DNA of 64,000 nucleotides from an uncultured Verrucomicrobiae bacterium. Its GTDB lineage: Bacteria > Verrucomicrobiota > Verrucomicrobiia > Opitutales > JABDGR01. Made by a program: the position numbers and the translations under genes. The stretch's first letter is position 1. Each line of letters starts with the position of its first letter. Under the pieces are notes generated by a model. It ran no database searches and was not told the origin of the DNA. It saw only the letters and a list, made by a program, of their open reading frames with translations. The DNA lies in the NCBI GenBank assembly GCA_963765205.1, contig CAVXVB010000005.1:608001-672000 (forward strand). The letters run 5' to 3'. Of the stretch, positions 18,104 through 27,366 are shown piece after piece.

Positions 18104-21100
18104 TTATTTGTTTGCCGCCGCCGCAGGTGGGGGATTTTCAGCCTCGATTTTTTTCAGCAACTCGACGGCTTGGGGATAATAGTCGTCGTTGTGGGAGTAT
18201 TTCACGTAGAGGCGCAGGGGCTGGAGCGCCTCGGGGCGGCGGTTTAATTGCACGAGGGCCTGGGCCTGGTTCCAATAGGTGTCGTAATTGGTCGGGTTGC
18301 GCGCGAGGTAGCTGGTGGCGGCGTCGAGCGCGCCGGCCCAGTCGCCCTGCAAGCGGGCGTCCTCCATGCGCACGACGTCGCGCGAATTTTCGTTGCGCAT
18401 CGTGGCGAGCAGGGCGGTGATCCATTCCCGCGGATAAAGCTTGGGGTCGCCAAGCGCGCGGGCGAGGTCGAAGACTGGCTCGATAGTGTCCATGTCCGGC
18501 AAGGCCCAACTGGCCACGATCGCCTTGGCGGCCTCCTGGTGGGCGACGTCGGTGGCGCGCGTGAGCGCCGCGGCCTTGTTGAGCAGGCGCAGCGCCTTGA
18601 TGTAACCGCCGAGCACAGGCTGCTGCTTGAAGTCGTCCTCGGGCCGCGCGGCAATGAGTTTCTGAAGGTTGTCGCGGTCGCCCTGCTGGAAGTAATAGTC
18701 GAAGGCCAGGCGGAGCTTGAAGGGGTCGAGGTCGGCGGCGGCGAGCGACCCGAAATCGGCGGCGGGGTCAATGGCCTGGCCGACGCGCCATTTCATCAAA
18801 GTGTCGTAATATTGGATAAAACCGCCGGCCTTGGGGAACTCCGTGGCGCGGGCGGGGGCGAGGTCGGCCCAGCCGCGGCGGGCGACGTCGGGGTTGTCGA
18901 AGTCCACGACGGAAGTGAAGTAGCAGGCGGCGTAAAAGCGGTCCTCGTCGCGCGTGGCCAGTTTTTGGGCGGTTTCAAAGAGCTTCATGCGCAGGTCGCT
19001 GTCCGCAGGATCAAAGCTGAGGGTCTGGGCATAATCCATAAAGACTTGCAGGGGATAGCGCCCATAGGGCAGGCGGTCGCGGATGAAGACGAGCAAGCCC
19101 TGGTGGACTTCGTCCTGGGTGAGGAGCGAGAGGTCGGGATTCCACGGGTCGTTCAACTGCTGCCAGGCGGCGGGCCATTGGGCGGCGGCGGCCTGCGGTT
19201 GCGAGTCGAGGATGAGCTGGCGCATGGCTTCGGCCACGGGCTGCACGTTCTTGTAAGTATCCAGCAGCGGTCCGACGCTGTCTTTCAAATCCTTATAGTC
19301 CTGCGCGGCTTCGCCGGCGAGCTGGGACCGCCCCAATTGGTTGAAGTCCCCCTGCGCAGTATCCACCGCGTTCAGACTGGCCAGGACATTGATGATGCGC
19401 GCCAGCAGCAGCACGCTGGGGTGGCGGATGGCGGGCAGCGCGAGAACCTTGAGCGCAAACGCTTGCTGCGCGTCCACGGTGAGGGGCTGGGCGAGATAGT
19501 CGTCCCACAAATCGAAATCCGCTCGATCATCGGCCTCGGTTGTGCTGCCCGAGGGGGTGCTCGCGAACATTTTTTCCGCCGTCGCCCGCTGGCCGGTGAC
19601 CAAGAGATGCAACGTGGTTTGGGACCAGGCGAGGTAACGCAAATCCGAGGGCATTTCCGCGCGCGCGGTGAAGGCATTGGTTCCGTCCGCCAGCGCCGGC
19701 CCGCTCGCAAACATATCCGGATAACCTTCCAGCGCCATTTCCAAGGCGACGACACGCACGGAAAGCGAGGCGGTGTGGTCCAGCGCGCGGTTGAAATCCT
19801 GGGTGACTTCCACGACCGGGTCGTCCACCTTGCTCAAAAGGTCGGCCTGGGCCGGGGCCGTCGCATAATTATACCAAGGCAGGGCCGCCTGCTGCCACCA
19901 GCCGTCGAGGCCCACTTCCAGCCCCTTGCCCTGCAGGGCGCGCTGGTTCAAGTTGTCGAGCGTGGTTTGCAGCGCCTGGCGGATGGCGAGGTTGGGGTCG
20001 CCCGGGTCGGCGGGTTGCGCCAGTTCCTTGATGAGCAGGGCGCGCGCGTCCGCATCCCGCCCCAGCGAGGTGTATAAGTCATTCAACACCGCGACGGCCC
20101 AGAGCCGCTGGGTGCCGTGCGCGGCGGGGTCGGCGAGGGTCTGGGCGAGGAGGGCGGCGGCGGCCGCGCCAAATTTCGCGGTGGAATTCGAGCGCAAAAC
20201 CGTGAAGCCGAAAAGCCGCGCCAGCGCCTGGCCGGTCGTGCCCTCGGAGCCGTATTTATCCAGGAGGCTTTGGACCAGGTCGCGGGCCACGTCGGGTTTG
20301 TCATCGTTCACCAAGGCGGCCGCGCGCAATTGGGCGAGACTTTCCAACACGTCCTTTTCGCCCGCGGGCAGATTACTTTCCAGGACTTCGCCGAGGGCCA
20401 AAATATCGTCCGCGTGGTCGGGCGCGAGGGGAATGCCCTCATACAGTTTGCGGGCCGCCTCAATGAGGTCGGCCGGGCGAAAGCGCCCGGATTGAAACCA
20501 TTGGTCCGTGGCTTGAAAATAAATGGCGGCATTTTTTTGGCTCAGGGCGATGCTGGCCTGGGCCTCGAGCTGGGGATAACTCTCAATATAGGGCGCCAGC
20601 AAGGCCGGCGAGGATTTGACGACGCCCAGCTTGGCCGCCAGCATATTCCATTGCGCCAGCCAGGCTTGCTGGTGATCCCAATAGGCGCGGGCCATTTGGG
20701 GGTCGGCGGTCAGGTTGAGCATATCCTGGATGGCGGGCGCATTCGTCGCGTATTGGTTGAGGATCTCCGCCGGGGCGGCGCGCAATTGGTTGATGACCGC
20801 CAGGGCGTCGTCCGTGCGGCCGAGTTCGAGCAACAACAAGCTTGCGCGCAGCAGCGCCTCGCTGGCGGAAGCGCCCGTCGTCAAATCCTGGCCAGCAATC
20901 CGGTAGGCGGCGATGGCCTCGTCCGTTTGTCCCATATTCTCGTGCAAGTATCCGGCGGTGCCCGCGGCCTCCGCGCGCACGGCCGGCGCGGTTTCCGGCT
21001 GGTTCATCAACCGGTGGAGCACGGCCAGCGCGGCCTCCGGCCCGCCGAGGCCCAGGAAGTATTTCGCCTGCCGCATGCGGATTTGCTGCACCGCGTCCGC

Positions 21101-21589
21101 CGCGGCGGGGAATTGGTCGGCCAGTTCAAAGGTCAGCGTGAGCAGGCCATTGTCATCCATGCTGGGTTCCGCCAGCACTTTGTTCAGGCCGGCCAGCACG
21201 TCGAGGTAGTCCTGCGGGTCCGGGGGCAGCTTGGTGAGGTAATACAGGTAGGTGTCGGCGAGGTCCTGGAAATTGTTGCCCGCTTCGAAAACCTTGATGC
21301 GCTCGTTGGCCTGGTCGCGGTCGAAGTTCATGGCGGAAATGGCGTCCCAGTGTTTGGGTTCCATCTTCTGCAAAAACGCCGCCAGGGCGTCGCGTGCCGC
21401 AGCCTCCGGGCCGGCGGCGGGACGCGGGGCGGCCGGGTTCGCCGCCGGGGCGGCGACCGGGCTGGCGGGCGCCGCGTCCGCGCCCCAGGCCGGCCAGGCC
21501 AACACCGTGATTGCGGCCAGAACAACGGCGCTCGAACGCCAAAGCCGCGAGTTAAAAAGATGTTGTTGGTGTGGTCGCCTCATTCGCAT
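18104..21589 (-). CDS. Large secreted TPR/alpha-solenoid protein
   Basis: 1161 aa, signal peptide (AWG/ADA), TPR-like segments near both ends. Confidence 0.8.
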   Translation of the reverse strand: MRMRRPHQQHLFNSRLWRSSAVVLAAITVLAWPAWGADAAPASPVAAPAANPAAPRPAAGPEAAARDALAAFLQKMEPKHWDAISAMNFDRDQANERIKVFEAGNNFQDLADTYLYYLTKLPPDPQDYLDVLAGLNKVLAEPSMDDNGLLTLTFELADQFPAAADAVQQIRMRQAKYFLGLGGPEAALAVLHRLMNQPETAPAVRAEAAGTAGYLHENMGQTDEAIAAYRIAGQDLTTGASASEALLRASLLLLELGRTDDALAVINQLRAAPAEILNQYATNAPAIQDMLNLTADPQMARAYWDHQQAWLAQWNMLAAKLGVVKSSPALLAPYIESYPQLEAQASIALSQKNAAIYFQATDQWFQSGRFRPADLIEAARKLYEGIPLAPDHADDILALGEVLESNLPAGEKDVLESLAQLRAAALVNDDKPDVARDLVQSLLDKYGSEGTTGQALARLFGFTVLRSNSTAKFGAAAAALLAQTLADPAAHGTQRLWAVAVLNDLYTSLGRDADARALLIKELAQPADPGDPNLAIRQALQTTLDNLNQRALQGKGLEVGLDGWWQQAALPWYNYATAPAQADLLSKVDDPVVEVTQDFNRALDHTASLSVRVVALEMALEGYPDMFASGPALADGTNAFTARAEMPSDLRYLAWSQTTLHLLVTGQRATAEKMFASTPSGSTTEADDRADFDLWDDYLAQPLTVDAQQAFALKVLALPAIRHPSVLLLARIINVLASLNAVDTAQGDFNQLGRSQLAGEAAQDYKDLKDSVGPLLDTYKNVQPVAEAMRQLILDSQPQAAAAQWPAAWQQLNDPWNPDLSLLTQDEVHQGLLVFIRDRLPYGRYPLQVFMDYAQTLSFDPADSDLRMKLFETAQKLATRDEDRFYAACYFTSVVDFDNPDVARRGWADLAPARATEFPKAGGFIQYYDTLMKWRVGQAIDPAADFGSLAAADLDPFKLRLAFDYYFQQGDRDNLQKLIAARPEDDFKQQPVLGGYIKALRLLNKAAALTRATDVAHQEAAKAIVASWALPDMDTIEPVFDLARALGDPKLYPREWITALLATMRNENSRDVVRMEDARLQGDWAGALDAATSYLARNPTNYDTYWNQAQALVQLNRRPEALQPLRLYVKYSHNDDYYPQAVELLKKIEAENPPPAAAANK

Positions 21590-22085
21590 CGGGCCGGGGG
21601 TTGCTCAAATTGGACATTATTTCGTGAAAAGAGTGCCATGGCAATGGCGAAGATGCCAGGAACATGACTCGTTTGAAATCCAGAAAACGTCTTTGGGATT
21701 GTGTGGGCGGATGAATGTGGGGCGGTGGGGGAGGGGGGAAGTTAGAAGTTAGGAGCGAGGAGCTGGAAGTTTATATCTGCGTCGTTTGTCAATTCAGTGG
21801 CGGAATTTTTTTTATTTTTTTGGTTTGATTGGGTTGGATTTACTCCGATTGGGTGGGTCGAGGTGGGGAGTGGGCGGCGGGGATTGGAGTGGGGCACGGG
21901 GCGCAAATATAATCGAAAACGAGCGGGCTGGCCAACGTTGGGTTGGCTGCGTTGGATTGGTTGGATGGGTTTGATGGGTTGGGCGGGAAGAAAAGGAGGA
22001 AGGATGAGGGAGGGATGAAGGATGAAATCGGAAACAGCGCAGTTAAGGGGTTGACGGCCAGGCCGGGTGGCGCCATTGTATATCC

Positions 22086-22328
22086 ATGAAAACGGAAATT
22101 CGACGGTGGGGCAACAGCCTGGCCTTGCGGATTCCCCGGGCGTTTGCGGCGGAGACCGCACTGCGGGAGGGGTCGGCGGTGGATTTGTCGGTGCGGCGGG
22201 GGCGGTTGGTGGTCGCGCCGGAGCGCCGGACGAAATACCATTTGGCGGATTTGCTGCGAAACCTCAAGCCGGCGCAGTTGCCGGGCGAACAGTTCACCGA
22301 CGACGCCGTGGGCAGGGAGATTTGGTGA
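22086..22328 (+). CDS. mazE: AbrB/MazE antitoxin
   Basis: RRWGNSLALRIP, LADLL, VGREIW C-terminus. Confidence 0.93.
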   Translation: MKTEIRRWGNSLALRIPRAFAAETALREGSAVDLSVRRGRLVVAPERRTKYHLADLLRNLKPAQLPGEQFTDDAVGREIW

Positions 22329-23578
22329 TGGCCGGCTATGTTCCACGCCGGGGCGATTTGGTCTGGCTGCGTTTTTCTCCGCAGGCCGGGCATGAACAGG
22401 CGGGGCACCGGCCGGCCTTGGTGATTTCAGCGGAGAGCTACAACCGTCTCACGGGACTGGCGCTGTTTTGTCCGATTACGAACAAGCGCAAAGGTTATGC
22501 GTTGGTCCTTCTGTTGGGGTTAATTTTGTTAGCTACTTACGAGATCAAGGCTGACACAGCGTCTCTGCCTTCTGCAGCTAAACTGACTGAATTTAAGCCT
22601 GAAAATGGAGGCTTTTCCATTATGACACCAGTAGCCTTGGTCGATCAAACGAGCATAAATAACCTAGCCACTCAGACCCAAATTTTGGCCGGTGGCAAAA
22701 ATTCCTCACAGAGCGCACCTGAATTTCACTTATTTGTTGGGGGTGATAAAACACTCGCTCTGATCGTGGGCTATACAACATTCCCGGCGGATATTGAGCA
22801 CGTTGATCCTAACCGCAGCATAGATATAATTCGTGATGGGCTAGTGAAAGATATGCAGTTGACAAAGCTGGCCGAGAGTCCGTTGACAATTGACGGCCAT
22901 CCAGGACGCGAAATTACCGCTATCAGCACGAAATCCGGTGCCACGCTCAATTTCGATGCGCGGTGTTATACGGTTGGGCAGCGCCTTTACCAGATCATGG
23001 CAGTTATCACGCCAGATAATGCAGACACCATCATGGCAAACAATTTTCTGCAATCGTTTAAGCTATTGCCCAACATTGCCAATGAGGACGTGGCGGGGTC
23101 GGCCCCAAAGGCGAAGGAATATAAATTTACCGAAGGCGGTTTTTCGGTAACATCGCTGGTTCCACTAACCCAAACGACACAGAACCTGAAATCCTCTCAA
23201 GGTGATTATGTTTATGTCCGCCATTTGTTTATGGGCCATGCAGGGTTGATTTATTTCTATGTTGCATATATTGACTCACCTGTGAATGACGAAACTCATC
23301 AGCCAGATTTAAAGTTAAATGCTATGAGGGACGCGACCATAACCGGAATGCATGCAAAGCTGCTGGATGAAAGAAAAGTTTCTATCGATGGGCATCCAGG
23401 AAAAGAATATGATTATATTCGTTCCTTTAACACCCCGCCTGATATCGAATATAAAACGCGAGCCTTTTTGGTTGGCTCCAAGGTTTATGAAGTGACAGTC
23501 TTCGCACCAAAAGATACCTCTGGCGATTCGATTTTAGATTCGTTTCTCAACTCCTTCACACTGTTGCCCAGCCCTTGA
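22328..23578 (+). CDS. Chimeric ORF: MazF N-terminal 57 aa fused to hydrophobic segment and two PsbP/Mog1-like domains
   Basis: YVPRRGDLVWLRFSPQAGHEQAGHRPALVIS...CPITNKRKGY then ALVLLLGLILLA; duplicated GGFS...IDGHPG.E...FL.SF.L domain; TGATG overlap with mazE. Confidence 0.8.
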   Translation: MAGYVPRRGDLVWLRFSPQAGHEQAGHRPALVISAESYNRLTGLALFCPITNKRKGYALVLLLGLILLATYEIKADTASLPSAAKLTEFKPENGGFSIMTPVALVDQTSINNLATQTQILAGGKNSSQSAPEFHLFVGGDKTLALIVGYTTFPADIEHVDPNRSIDIIRDGLVKDMQLTKLAESPLTIDGHPGREITAISTKSGATLNFDARCYTVGQRLYQIMAVITPDNADTIMANNFLQSFKLLPNIANEDVAGSAPKAKEYKFTEGGFSVTSLVPLTQTTQNLKSSQGDYVYVRHLFMGHAGLIYFYVAYIDSPVNDETHQPDLKLNAMRDATITGMHAKLLDERKVSIDGHPGKEYDYIRSFNTPPDIEYKTRAFLVGSKVYEVTVFAPKDTSGDSILDSFLNSFTLLPSP

Positions 23579-23679
23579 TTGTTTGTTACAAAGCCAAAAA
23601 AAGATCAGGGCCAAAACAGGTTCAGGCTGTTTCTTCTTATCATGATCAAGAACAGTCGAGCAGGGCGATCATTTCCTTT

Positions 23680-24162
23680 TCATTCCGCGGCGGTGCGGGA
23701 GGGGCGGTCGAGGGAGTCTTTGACTTTGTCGAGGATGCCGTTGAGGAAGCGGCGGGAGTCGGGGTTCGAGAAGGTCTTGCCGAGTTCGATGGCTTCGTTG
23801 ATGGTCACTACTGGCGGGATGTCGCGGCGGTGGAGGAGTTCGAAAATCCCGAGGCGCAGGATGGCGAGGTCCACGCGCGCGATGCGGTTGAAGGCCCAGT
23901 TGTGCGCGTGGTTTTTGATGAGTTCGTCAACCGCCGCCTGGTGCTCGAGCAGGCCGTGGATGAGTTCCTCGGCAAAGGCGTAGTATTCGCGCGGGTGCTC
24001 CTGCTCGCTGAAGAAGTGGGTCAGGACGCCGGGCAAATCGTCGCTGGGGTTGGCGTCCCACATATAGAGGAACTGCATCGCGGCGACGCGGCAGTCGCGC
24101 CGGCGGCTGGCTTTGGCCGGGGCGGTGGCCGGGGTGGCCGGGGCGGTTTCGTCGGTGGGCAT
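23680..24162 (-). CDS. nusB: Transcription antitermination factor NusB
   Basis: RRRDCRVAAMQFLY, NWAFNRIARVDLAILR, INEAIELGK, FLNGILD. Confidence 0.97.
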   Translation of the reverse strand: MPTDETAPATPATAPAKASRRRDCRVAAMQFLYMWDANPSDDLPGVLTHFFSEQEHPREYYAFAEELIHGLLEHQAAVDELIKNHAHNWAFNRIARVDLAILRLGIFELLHRRDIPPVVTINEAIELGKTFSNPDSRRFLNGILDKVKDSLDRPSRTAAE

Positions 24163-24175
24163 GAAAATTTTTCCT

Positions 24176-24751
24176 TCAGTTGTTCTTGAAAAGCTGTTTC
24201 GGGTCGAAGCCTTCGTCCTCGTCGTCATCGTCTTCTTCCTCGTCGAGGTCTTCCTTTTCGTCTTCCAATTCGTCGAGGCGCTCGACGAGCTGGAGCTTGT
24301 GCCAGGCCATCTGCAAGGCGGCACGGGCAAACTCGGCGCCGCGGTCGCGCGGGGCCACGATGCGTTCGCGCGCCTGCTCGAGCGAATTCACCGTGAGGAT
24401 GCCGTTGATGACGGGAATTTCCGACTGCATGCCAATTGAGTGCAGCGAATAGGCGGTGCCGTAGCTGATGACCTCGTGGTGGGAAGTCTCGCCGGCGACG
24501 ACGACGCCGAGGGCGATCAGGCAGTCGAACTCGCCGGTGGCGGCGAGCATGTGCGCGGCGTAGGGAATCTCGTTCGAGCCGGGGACGCGCAGGATTTCGA
24601 TATTGCGCTCGCGCACGCCGTGCTGGCGCAGCGTGGCCACCACGCGGGCGAGCAGCGCGTCCACCAGTTCGCCGTTATAGCGGGCGGCGACGATGCCGAG
24701 GAAATAGTCCGCGCCGTCAATCTGCGCCGGGTCGGGAGGAGAATCGCTCAT
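24176..24751 (-). CDS. ribH: 6,7-dimethyl-8-ribityllumazine synthase with acidic C-terminal tail
   Basis: GIVAARYN, VPGSNEIP, ALGVVVAGETSH, PVINGILT. Confidence 0.95.
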   Translation of the reverse strand: MSDSPPDPAQIDGADYFLGIVAARYNGELVDALLARVVATLRQHGVRERNIEILRVPGSNEIPYAAHMLAATGEFDCLIALGVVVAGETSHHEVISYGTAYSLHSIGMQSEIPVINGILTVNSLEQARERIVAPRDRGAEFARAALQMAWHKLQLVERLDELEDEKEDLDEEEDDDDEDEGFDPKQLFKNN

Positions 24752-24756
24752 GGAGG

Positions 24757-24791
24757 AGAAGTAAGAATTAGGAATTAAGAATTAAGAAGTA
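24757..24791. repeat. Heptamer tandem repeat (RGAAKTA)x5
   Basis: agaagta agaatta ggaatta agaatta agaagta. Confidence 0.8.
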
Positions 24792-24874
24792 AGGGCAAGA
24801 ACAGAATGGAAGTTGAAAGGAGAAGCGGCCCAAACCAGCGGCGAGCGCGGCGCAGGCCAAATCCGGAAAAAATC

Positions 24875-25999
24875 TCACAACGCGACGGTTTCGATGATTT
24901 CGAGGCCGTAGCCGTCGAGACCAATGACGCGGCGCTGGGGCGAGCCGGAGAGCAGGCGGATTTGCCGCAGGCCGAGGTCGGCGAGGATTTGCGCGCCGAC
25001 GCCGTAGTCGCGGAAATCCATGCGCGACGGCGCGGGCACGAGGCGGCCGCCACCACCGGGCTGCGGTTCGAGGTTCAGGCCGCCAGCGGGTTGCTCGATA
25101 TACACGAGCGCGCCGCGGCCCTCTTTCGCAATGCGTTCGAGCGCGGCGGCCAGCGCGTGGAAGCCGCCGAACTGCCGCGCGCGAAACACGTCGGCCAGCA
25201 GATTCTCGCTCTGCACGCGCACGAGGGTGGGCGCGCCGTCGAGCGTGCCGCGCGTGAGGGCGTAATGCGTGCGCCCGTCGAGCGGGGTGCGGTAAATGTG
25301 CAAATCGAAATGCCCGAACTCGGAATCGAACGGCAGCGTGGCTTCGCGCTTGACGAGTTTTTCGCGCCGGTGCCGGTAATGGATGAGTTGCGTGATGGAA
25401 ATGAGTTTCAGCCCGAAGCGCTGCTTGAATTCGGCGAGTTGCGGCAGGCGGGCGAGCGTGCCGTCCTCATTGACGATTTCGCAGAGCACGCCGCTGGGGT
25501 GCAGACCGGCGAGGATGGCCAGGTCCACCGCGGCTTCCGTGTGGCCGGCGCGCTGGAGGACGCCGCCGGGCTTGGCTCGCAGGGGAAACACGTGTCCGGG
25601 CTGCACGAGCTGGTCGGGCGTGGCGTAGGGGTCGGACAAAATGCGGATGGTCTTCGTGCGGTCGTAGGCGCTGACGCCAGTGGTGATGCCGTCGGCGGCA
25701 TCCACGCTGACCATGAAGTCCGTGCGGTGCGCCTCGCGGTTTTGCGCGACCATGGGGCCGAGGCCGAGGCGCTTGAGCTGCGGCTCGACGGTGGGCACGC
25801 AGACGATGCCGCTGCCGTAGCGGATCATCATGTTCACGGTTTCCGGCGTGGCCTTGGAGGCCGCCATGATCAAATCGCCCTCGTTCTCGCGGGTTTCGTC
25901 ATCGGTGACGATGACCAGGCGCCCGCCGGCCACGTCGGCGATGGCCGCCTCGACAGGGTCGAAGGGCGGCGCGGGATGATCGAGGTCGGGAACACTCAT
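24875..25999 (-). CDS. ribB: DHBP synthase fused to degenerate GTP cyclohydrolase II-like domain (RibBX type)
   Basis: DDETRENEGDL, TTGVSAYDR, PGHVFPL, RAGHTEA; C-domain LVRVQSENLLADVF lacks the Cys ligands. Confidence 0.92.
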   Translation of the reverse strand: MSVPDLDHPAPPFDPVEAAIADVAGGRLVIVTDDETRENEGDLIMAASKATPETVNMMIRYGSGIVCVPTVEPQLKRLGLGPMVAQNREAHRTDFMVSVDAADGITTGVSAYDRTKTIRILSDPYATPDQLVQPGHVFPLRAKPGGVLQRAGHTEAAVDLAILAGLHPSGVLCEIVNEDGTLARLPQLAEFKQRFGLKLISITQLIHYRHRREKLVKREATLPFDSEFGHFDLHIYRTPLDGRTHYALTRGTLDGAPTLVRVQSENLLADVFRARQFGGFHALAAALERIAKEGRGALVYIEQPAGGLNLEPQPGGGGRLVPAPSRMDFRDYGVGAQILADLGLRQIRLLSGSPQRRVIGLDGYGLEIIETVAL

Positions 26000-26066
26000 G
26001 GCCGGGTGGGGGAAACCCGGCAATCTAGCGCGGCGCAGGCGGGGGCGTCAAGGGTAGGTGGGGGGA

Positions 26067-26101
26067 GGGTTGCAAGTTGCAGGTTACAAGTTGCAGGTTG
26101 A
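26067..26101. repeat. Heptamer tandem repeat (ARGTTGC)x5
   Basis: gggttgc aagttgc aggttac aagttgc aggttga. Confidence 0.8.
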
Positions 26102-26144
26102 AGAACCGGCCAATAATTATGTTTTCGCCTGCAACTGGCTCTGC

Positions 26145-26927
26145 TTAATTCCGATCCACCCAGCGTTGGCGCAGGAGTTGCAGGGCCTGGCCATGAATCT
26201 GGCAGATGCGCGCTTCCGTGACTTTGAAGACGGTGGCGATTTCCGCGAGGCGGCGACCGTGGTAGTAATAGAGGAGAATGACCTGGCGGTGGCGGTCGGG
26301 CAAAAGTTTCATCGTGCGCAGGAGGGCGGCCAAAGTCTCTTCCTGTTCGAGGCGGGTGTGCGTGGGCGGGGTGTTCTCGTCGGCGATGCACTCGTGCAAA
26401 TTCATGAGCAGGCCCGCGCCATTATCGCGCTCGAGCGGTTTGTCGAGCGGGAGAAAGCGCACGGGGCTGACGCGCAATTGCAGCTTGTCGTAGTCCAACC
26501 GGTTGAGGCCAAGGTGCTCGCGGGTTTCCTCGGCGGTGGGCAGGCGGCCGAGGGTCTGCTCAAGGCTGTCCACGGTCTTGCGCAGCTCGCGGGCGCGGTG
26601 GCGGGCGGAGCGCGGCATCCAATCGAGGCGGCGGAGTTCGTCGAGGATGGCGCCGCGGATGCGCATGGCGACATAGGCCTCGAAAGTCTTGGTCTGGCCC
26701 GCGTCATAGCGGCGCACGGCGGCGATCAGACCGGTCAGCCCCACGCTGTGCAGTTCATCGAGGTCGGCGCAACTGGGCAGGGAGTGGCGCATTTGCGATA
26801 CGACGGCGCGCACCTGCGGGTAGTGCCGTTCCACCAACTGGCACTGCTCCGAGGTCAGCGGGCGGGTGGCCAAGGCAGTCGGGTTGGAGGTGACAGACGA
26901 ATCTGAGGGGTCTTCAGAGTGGTGCAT
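26145..26927 (-). CDS. fliA: RNA polymerase sigma-28 factor, FliA/WhiG family
   Basis: GLIAAVRRYD, FEAYVAMRIRGAILDELRRLDWMPRS, VTEARICQIHGQA. Confidence 0.93.
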   Translation of the reverse strand: MHHSEDPSDSSVTSNPTALATRPLTSEQCQLVERHYPQVRAVVSQMRHSLPSCADLDELHSVGLTGLIAAVRRYDAGQTKTFEAYVAMRIRGAILDELRRLDWMPRSARHRARELRKTVDSLEQTLGRLPTAEETREHLGLNRLDYDKLQLRVSPVRFLPLDKPLERDNGAGLLMNLHECIADENTPPTHTRLEQEETLAALLRTMKLLPDRHRQVILLYYYHGRRLAEIATVFKVTEARICQIHGQALQLLRQRWVDRN

Positions 26928-26961
26928 GGGAGAAAATTTTTAAGTTTCTGCTTAAGTTCTA

Positions 26962-26977
26962 ACCATGCTTCGTGCCA
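26962..26977 (-). promoter_or_regulatory. Candidate sigma-54 -24/-12 promoter for fliA
   Basis: Minus strand TGGCACGAAGCATGGT; -24 box perfect, -12 has GG instead of GC; AT-rich upstream region. Confidence 0.4.
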
Positions 26978-27250
26978 ACTTTGGAGATATTAATTTAAGA
27001 CATTTACTATAAATAACTTAAAAATTAAATTTACATAAAAATAACGTTGCATAGAATGAAATGCAAAGAATTGAGTTGTATTTACATTGCAAAAACAATG
27101 CAATTATTTTTCGGTCTAGGGTAAAATTCAAGATTAGCAATGGGTATCTGCGAGCGCAGGGTGTGAGCCGAAGGATTCTGGACCAACCATGATAGGTGGC
27201 CTGGGTATGTCCGGGTCACCTCACGGAGGATTTCTGCGATATTTCCGGCT

Positions 27251-27283
27251 AATTCACCGCAGCGTCACGAAATTGTCACAATA
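27251..27283 (+). promoter_or_regulatory. Pho box (PhoB-type direct repeats)
   Basis: TTCAC 27253, GTCAC 27264, GTCAC 27275 at exact 11-bp period, upstream of pstS. Confidence 0.8.
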
Positions 27284-27366
27284 CCTCTCTAGGATGGGGA
27301 CGCTGCCACGAAAACGCTCCCGGCGGCAAATCTCTCGTCCATCTCCATCCCATCCTCATTAAAAAA

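Noticed and set aside
21625..21640. Minus-strand TGGCAC upstream of the TPR gene as a sigma54 promoter
   Set aside because: No usable -12 element (TCAC)
26000..26145. FMN riboswitch upstream of ribB
   Set aside because: No RFN consensus; the region is occupied by a heptamer repeat
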